Source of the DNA: an uncultured Eubacteriales bacterium
GTDB taxonomy: Bacteria; Bacillota; Clostridia; Christensenellales; UBA1242
Length of the DNA stretch: 62,535 nt
Assembly: GCA_902788085.1 (NCBI GenBank)
Contig: CADAJB010000007.1
Location: forward strand, 1 to 62,535
Reading direction: 5' to 3'
Positions within the stretch are counted from its first letter, which is position 1; each line of letters starts with the position of its first letter. Of the stretch, positions 57,244-62,535 are shown piece after piece. Both the position numbers and the translations under genes were made by a program. The notes under the pieces were generated by a model. The model did no database searches and was not told the origin of the DNA. It saw nothing but the letters and a program-made list of their open reading frames with translations.

Positions 57244-58767
57244 TTATTCTTTTATTAAACTTTCGCCCGTCATTTCTTGTGGTTTATCCACTTCCATTAA
57301 GTTTAGTATAGTTGGGGCAAAACAATCTAACCCAAAATCGCCTTTTTTTAGTTTTAGTTTAGAGTTTGTAACAATAAACGGAACAGGGTTTGTAGTATGT
57401 GTAGTTGCACAACCGTTTGAAGTGCGCATATCTTCTATATTTCCGTGGTCGGCGGTTATTACACACACATAACCATTGTTTTGCGCAGAGTTTACCACTA
57501 TTTTAAGGCACTCGTCTAAAACTTCTAACGCCTTTACACTTGCATTTATATTGCCCCTATGCCCTACCATATCGGCATTACTAAAATTAACAACTATTAA
57601 ATCGTACTTTTGCTCTAACATTTTATAAACAAGTTGTTGCGCAATCTCGTAAGCACGCATTTGAGGGAATGTGGCAAAATCATCTACAAACTTGCTTTCT
57701 ATTAAAATTCGGTCTTCGCCTTTATATGACTTTTCTACTCCACCATTTAAATAATAAGTTATGTGTGCATACTTTGTTGTTTCGGCTATTTTTAATTGTT
57801 TTAGTTTATTATTAGATATAACCTGCGACAAAGTGTTTTTAGGAAACTCTGGCAAAAACAGGGCTGGCAAGTTTTTTTGCTTTGCATCGTACACACACAT
57901 TGCTGTGCAGTTTATCTTTGGCATCTTGCCCCTATTAAACTTGTTAAACTTAGGGCTTGCAAATGCACTTGTAAGTTGGCGCATACGGTCGGGGCGAAAG
58001 TTAAAGAATAAAACCTCATCACCCGACTGCATACCACTATAACCACCCACTGCAAAACTTGGCATATATTCGTCACTAACTTTGCGTGCATACGCTTTTT
58101 CGAAGGCGTGATTAATAGTATTTACCCTAAACTTTGCAGTACTATGCACTATTAGGTTGAATGCCTCTTCGGTGCGCACCCAACGCTGTTCGCGGTCCAT
58201 TGCGTAAAAACGCCCAATAATTGTGGCAACACTGCCTAAATTTAGTTTATTTAACTTATCTTCTACTTGTTTTACAAATTTAAAGCCACTATCTACACTA
58301 GTATCGCGCCCGTCTGTAATACAATGCACATACACATTTTTTATATTATAATCGGCAATTATATCTAAAAGAGCAAACAAATGATTTATACTACTATGCA
58401 CTCCACCATCGGAAACTAGGCCCACTAAGTGCATAGTACTATGATTTTTTTGCGCCCTAGTTATTGCTTGCAACAATACTTTGTTTTGTAATAATTGACC
58501 ATTTTGTATTGCGTTGTTTATACGCATAAAGTCTTGATAAACAACACGACCACTACCAATATTTAAATGCCCTACTTCGCTATTGCCCATTTGCCCGTCG
58601 GGCAACCCCACATATTTGCCACTTGCCTGTATTGTAGTATGTGGATATTCTTTTAATAACGAATTATAAAAAGGCATTTTTGCTAAACTAAAAGGATTTT
58701 CGTCTTTACTTTTTCGAACACCAAAACCGTCTAAAATAATACCCAATACTGGCTGTTTTACTTTCAT
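57244..58767 (-). CDS. gpmI: 2,3-bisphosphoglycerate-independent phosphoglycerate mutase
   Basis: Start trimmed to MKVKQPVLGIILDGFG (RBS AAAGGAG, just after the tpiA stop). Motifs GNSEVGHLNIGSGR, SDGGVHS and ITADHGN. Confidence 0.95.
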   Translation of the reverse strand: MKVKQPVLGIILDGFGVRKSKDENPFSLAKMPFYNSLLKEYPHTTIQASGKYVGLPDGQMGNSEVGHLNIGSGRVVYQDFMRINNAIQNGQLLQNKVLLQAITRAQKNHSTMHLVGLVSDGGVHSSINHLFALLDIIADYNIKNVYVHCITDGRDTSVDSGFKFVKQVEDKLNKLNLGSVATIIGRFYAMDREQRWVRTEEAFNLIVHSTAKFRVNTINHAFEKAYARKVSDEYMPSFAVGGYSGMQSGDEVLFFNFRPDRMRQLTSAFASPKFNKFNRGKMPKINCTAMCVYDAKQKNLPALFLPEFPKNTLSQVISNNKLKQLKIAETTKYAHITYYLNGGVEKSYKGEDRILIESKFVDDFATFPQMRAYEIAQQLVYKMLEQKYDLIVVNFSNADMVGHRGNINASVKALEVLDECLKIVVNSAQNNGYVCVITADHGNIEDMRTSNGCATTHTTNPVPFIVTNSKLKLKKGDFGLDCFAPTILNLMEVDKPQEMTGESLIKE

Positions 58768-58777
58768 AAAAACTCCT

Positions 58778-59503
58778 TTACATATCTTTGGCAATACCTA
58801 AAAAGTCGGCACAATTTAAACTTGCACCACCAACTAATGCACCATCTACACAATCTATTTTAAATATATCTGCACTCATTCCTGGTTTTACACTTCCACC
58901 ATATAGCACCGGAACAGTTTTACCAAACTTTTTTTGCAAAACCTGCTTTATATACTGTATGTTTGTTTTTATATCTTTTACAGAAGCAGTTTTGCCCGTA
59001 CCTATTGCCCAAACAGGCTCGTACGCAATAATTATATTAGAAACATCTTTAATATCACACAAACATTCTTTTAATTGTTTTAACAATACTTTTTTTGTTT
59101 GTTTGTTTTCATATTCTTGTAATGTTTCGCCGATGCACAAAAGTGGTTTTATATCATTATTTAGCAAACGATTAATCTTTTTGTTTATAGTTTGGTTATC
59201 TTCATTAAAATAAGTTCGGCGTTCGCTATGCCCTACTAAACAAAAATCTGCACCAACTTCTTTTAACATTTTTGCACTATTTTCACCAGTATAGGCACCA
59301 CTTTCGGCAAAAGCAACATTCTGCCCACCTGCTAGCCAACCATTCTTTTTAAGTGTTAAAGCGGTTTTTTGTAAATACACACTAGGCACACTTACACCAT
59401 AAGTTATATTTAAAGGAAATTGTGAACGCTTAAAGTCTTTAAAAAACTGGTCAATTTGCGCATTATATATAGACATTTTCCAGTTGGCTATTAAATATTT
59501 CAT
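58778..59503 (-). CDS. tpiA: triose-phosphate isomerase
   Basis: ANWKM, LVGHSERR, AYEPVWAIGTG and GGASL motifs. Confidence 0.95.
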   Translation of the reverse strand: MKYLIANWKMSIYNAQIDQFFKDFKRSQFPLNITYGVSVPSVYLQKTALTLKKNGWLAGGQNVAFAESGAYTGENSAKMLKEVGADFCLVGHSERRTYFNEDNQTINKKINRLLNNDIKPLLCIGETLQEYENKQTKKVLLKQLKECLCDIKDVSNIIIAYEPVWAIGTGKTASVKDIKTNIQYIKQVLQKKFGKTVPVLYGGSVKPGMSADIFKIDCVDGALVGGASLNCADFLGIAKDM

Positions 59504-59513
59504 AAAACACCTC

Positions 59514-60707
59514 TTAATCGAATTTATCTTGAATAACTTCTACACCTGGCAAACTTTTGCCTTCTAATAGTTTTAAACTTGCTCCGCCACCTGTTGATAT
59601 AAATTTAATTTTATCTTGTAGTTCTAGCCCTTCTACTGCGGCAATACTATCACCACCGCCTACCATTGTAAAGTAAGGTGATTTTGCCATAGTTTTGGCT
59701 ACTTCATTAGTACCCTTTGCAAATTTTTGGAACTCGAATACACCCATAGGGCCATTCCAAAATACTGTGCGGGCGCGTTGCAAAAAGCGTTTGTATATAG
59801 CAAGTGTTTTTGGCCCTATATCTAGCCCCATTAAACTGCGTGGAAAGTGGTCGGTAGAAACAATAGTTGGCTGTGCAGCAAAACTAAACTCGCCTGCTGC
59901 AACATGGTCAACCGGCAACAAAATGCGTGTGCCTAATTTTTCGGCTTTTTCTAAAATTAATTTTGCCATTGGCACTTTATCTTTTTCGACTAACGATTTA
60001 CCCAAAGTGTAACCTTGTGCACGCAAAAAGGTATATGCCATAGCACCACCAATCATAATGGTGTCGGCTTTATCTAAAAGGTTGTCTAAAAGTTCTATTT
60101 TATCTTTAACCTTCGAACCACCAACTAGCACTACAAAAGGCTTGTCGGGGTCGTTTAACACTTTATCAAATGTTTTTAATTCTTTTTCTACAAGCAAACC
60201 AACACAGTTTGGCATTACCTGTGCCACACCATAGGTGCTGGCGTGTTGACGGTGCATAGTACCAAAAGCGTCATCACAATAAATATCTGCAAGTGCCGAA
60301 AGTTTTCGTACAAAGTCGGGGTCGTTTGCTTCTTCACCTGGGTCGAACCTTAGGTTTTGCATCATAACAATGTCGCCCTCTTTCATATTGCGAACAAACT
60401 TAATAGTATCTATATCACCTACATCTTTTGTAAGTATAACAGGCTTTTTAATAAGTTGGCGCAAGCGCTCGGCAACTGGTTCGAGGCTGAAATCTGGCAC
60501 AACCTTACCTTCGGGACGACCAAGGTGTGTGCAAATAATTATTTTTGCCTTCTGCTCTATTAAATATTTTAGTGTTGGTATAGATTCACGAATACGCCTA
60601 TCGTTTGTTATTTTTAAGTTAGCGTTTAAAGGTACATTATAATCTACCCTTAATAAAACTTTTTTACCTTCTAAAACATAATCTTTTAAAGTGGTTTTAT
60701 TAAACAT
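59514..60707 (-). CDS. pgk: phosphoglycerate kinase
   Basis: RVDYNVP, a variant of the FGTAHRAHAS motif (FGTMHRQHAS), and GGGDS. Confidence 0.95.
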   Translation of the reverse strand: MFNKTTLKDYVLEGKKVLLRVDYNVPLNANLKITNDRRIRESIPTLKYLIEQKAKIIICTHLGRPEGKVVPDFSLEPVAERLRQLIKKPVILTKDVGDIDTIKFVRNMKEGDIVMMQNLRFDPGEEANDPDFVRKLSALADIYCDDAFGTMHRQHASTYGVAQVMPNCVGLLVEKELKTFDKVLNDPDKPFVVLVGGSKVKDKIELLDNLLDKADTIMIGGAMAYTFLRAQGYTLGKSLVEKDKVPMAKLILEKAEKLGTRILLPVDHVAAGEFSFAAQPTIVSTDHFPRSLMGLDIGPKTLAIYKRFLQRARTVFWNGPMGVFEFQKFAKGTNEVAKTMAKSPYFTMVGGGDSIAAVEGLELQDKIKFISTGGGASLKLLEGKSLPGVEVIQDKFD

Positions 60708-60719
60708 TTCTATTTCCTC

Positions 60720-62363
60720 CTAATTGGTTAAAATTCCTATTTTTATTGTTATATTAGATAAGTCGGTGTTTATATTTTCAAAAGCCATTAACACATCAAA
60801 ATAAGTTATATAGTCGCCATTAATTTTTTGTTGTGGCACAAACAAACTTTTTCGGGCTGTACTATTTTCTCGTTCGTTTTCTTGTGCTTTTAACAATATT
60901 TCGTTAAAGGTTTTGTCATCTACTTTTAAGTTATTGGCTAAGGCGTTTTCTACAAGTTTGTGTAAATTATTAGATAAATCTTCTATACTGCCCCAAATAG
61001 TTTTTAAAGATTCCACCTGAACATTGTTTAGTTTTTTAGGCTTTGCTTTAAACCTTAAACCATAGTTATAAATTTTGTTTATGTGTTCTAGATAATGGTT
61101 GGCATCATTTAAGATATTTATAACAATGTTTATTTTATCTAAGTTGTCTTTATTTACATTTGCACTAAGCCTAATGGCTGTGTTGTTTGTAAGTTTAATA
61201 ATTTTATCTAAACCTTTAATTTCGCTTTGAATGCCCTTATCGTTAAACAACTTATCTTCAAACCTATGCACAATTTTTGTGGTTAGTTTTGTTTGCATAG
61301 TAATTATTCGTGCTACATTATTTAAAAGCGTTGGCAAGGCTACACTAAAAATTTTTGTTGAATTTTCGTCTATTATAAAAGTATCATAAACACTAACATT
61401 CTTTTTGTTGTTTGGTATTAGTTTTATAAACAACTTACCTAAAAACTTGCTTAGTGGCAACAATAAAAGCCCAGGAACAAACATAGTAATTAAATATAGC
61501 AACAACAAATATATTGCCGTTTGATGCCCTAACAAATCGTAAAATGGTATTAACCACGGAATTAAACTAGATAACAATAATAAAGCAGTAGCAAACACCT
61601 TATATAAATTATAACCAAGCAACATTGCCTTACTTTCACGCGAGGTATTATTTATGCAATAAAGCATAGGCACAATACCACCAAACGCCGAAGCGCCAGC
61701 AAGCATATATACACCACTCATAACACTAAGTGGCCCGCCACCTGTTGCCCCCATAAGGGCTATCATAATAGTAACAGTTGCATACATACTATTAGTAACC
61801 ATACTAATAATACCGCCCACAACAAATAACAATATAGGGTTGGTCATAACAGAAATTGCATCATAAATATTTGGGTCGTTTACTAAAACACTCATACCAT
61901 CACCAAGCAACGAGATACCCGCAAACAACAACCCAAAGCCCATAACACTTAATGCAACTTTTTGCATTTTATAACTTTTGCAAAACATAAGCATAAATGC
62001 GCCAACTACACACAATACAGACAAAATTTTCATTAAGTCTATAGACTGGAATGCCACCAGCACAATCATTAACGCCGAACCCAACTGCACACCAAGCATT
62101 AAGGCTACACCCTGCGTAAGAGTGATAGAACCTACATTTAAAAAACTGCTAATCATAGATAAAGTTAGCGTTGTAGATTGCCAAGCACCCGAAACCCCCG
62201 CAGATAAAGCATAACTGCCAAACCTATTATTTGCCACTTTGCCAATAATGCGTTTAAAACTAGAACCTAGTGAGGTTTCCATACCCTCGCGCAGTACTTT
62301 AAAGCCATATAACGAAACACCTAAGCCCGCCAATACTGTTATAATAGTATAAAATAAATTCAT
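60720..62363 (-). CDS. Na/Pi cotransporter family protein (with a PhoU-like C-terminal region)
   Basis: 547-aa ORF with a polytopic N-terminal half of typical NptA-like pattern and a helical soluble C-terminal half. Confidence 0.8.
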   Translation of the reverse strand: MNLFYTIITVLAGLGVSLYGFKVLREGMETSLGSSFKRIIGKVANNRFGSYALSAGVSGAWQSTTLTLSMISSFLNVGSITLTQGVALMLGVQLGSALMIVLVAFQSIDLMKILSVLCVVGAFMLMFCKSYKMQKVALSVMGFGLLFAGISLLGDGMSVLVNDPNIYDAISVMTNPILLFVVGGIISMVTNSMYATVTIMIALMGATGGGPLSVMSGVYMLAGASAFGGIVPMLYCINNTSRESKAMLLGYNLYKVFATALLLLSSLIPWLIPFYDLLGHQTAIYLLLLYLITMFVPGLLLLPLSKFLGKLFIKLIPNNKKNVSVYDTFIIDENSTKIFSVALPTLLNNVARIITMQTKLTTKIVHRFEDKLFNDKGIQSEIKGLDKIIKLTNNTAIRLSANVNKDNLDKINIVINILNDANHYLEHINKIYNYGLRFKAKPKKLNNVQVESLKTIWGSIEDLSNNLHKLVENALANNLKVDDKTFNEILLKAQENERENSTARKSLFVPQQKINGDYITYFDVLMAFENINTDLSNITIKIGILTN

Positions 62364-62535
62364 ATTTTTACCTTTTATTAATATACAATTTAACTATACT
62401 AAATAAAATAAAAAGTAGCAAACGATTTTGCCACTTTTTTAACTTTAAACCCCATTAAAACTAACTATTTTTTACTAAATGCCTGATTTAATAAATCCAT
62501 TATTTCTTCTAGATTTAGCGACCTATTAATTTTAT

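Noticed and set aside
62465-62535. Minus-strand open frame ending ...KINRSLNLEEIMDLLNQAFSKK, then stop, at the right window edge.
   Set aside because: It is probably the 3' end of a real gene. With only 23 codons in the window, no product or family can be supported.

Overview
AT-rich, gene-dense chromosomal segment of an endospore-forming Firmicute (Clostridia-like, judging from gpr, spoIIGA-sigE, spoIIR-sleB-ypeB, a SipL/SpoVID-like gene and veg). Most genes are on the minus strand and are housekeeping. In order: tsaD, prfB, secA, comFC, recD2, engB, lon; gpr-murI-glmS; rpsT; a reduced dcw cluster (rsmH, membrane protein, PBP, murE, mraY, murD, ftsW/spoVE); gap; spoIIGA-sigE; pgsA; mnmA; the spore genes; tkt; nrdD-nrdG with tandem NrdR boxes; an MBL/patatin pair; smpB-ssrA (tmRNA); rnr; secG; pgk-tpiA-gpmI; and a Na/Pi transporter. 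I saw no rRNA, tRNA, CRISPR array or recognisable defence system. The one clear accessory element is a ~1.46-kb serine-recombinase islet. It sits exactly at the 3' end of glmS, is bounded by 17-bp direct repeats, and separates glmS from its probable terminator. The most unusual signal is not a gene. A palindromic word (full form GTGCATAGTACTATGCAC, core 9-mer ACTATGCAC) occurs at least 17 times by eye, where fewer than one copy is expected. It appears as inverted pairs next to stop codons and in promoter regions, and also inside conserved ORFs, where it changes conserved residues. This resembles DNA-uptake-sequence or REP-like behaviour, which I am not aware of for this kind of organism. Two conserved genes (secA and a metallophosphoesterase) carry short out-of-frame deletions of conserved segments. 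These are either real pseudogenes or assembly errors. All calls come from reading the sequence and ORF translations by eye. No searches were run, so family assignments rest on remembered motifs.
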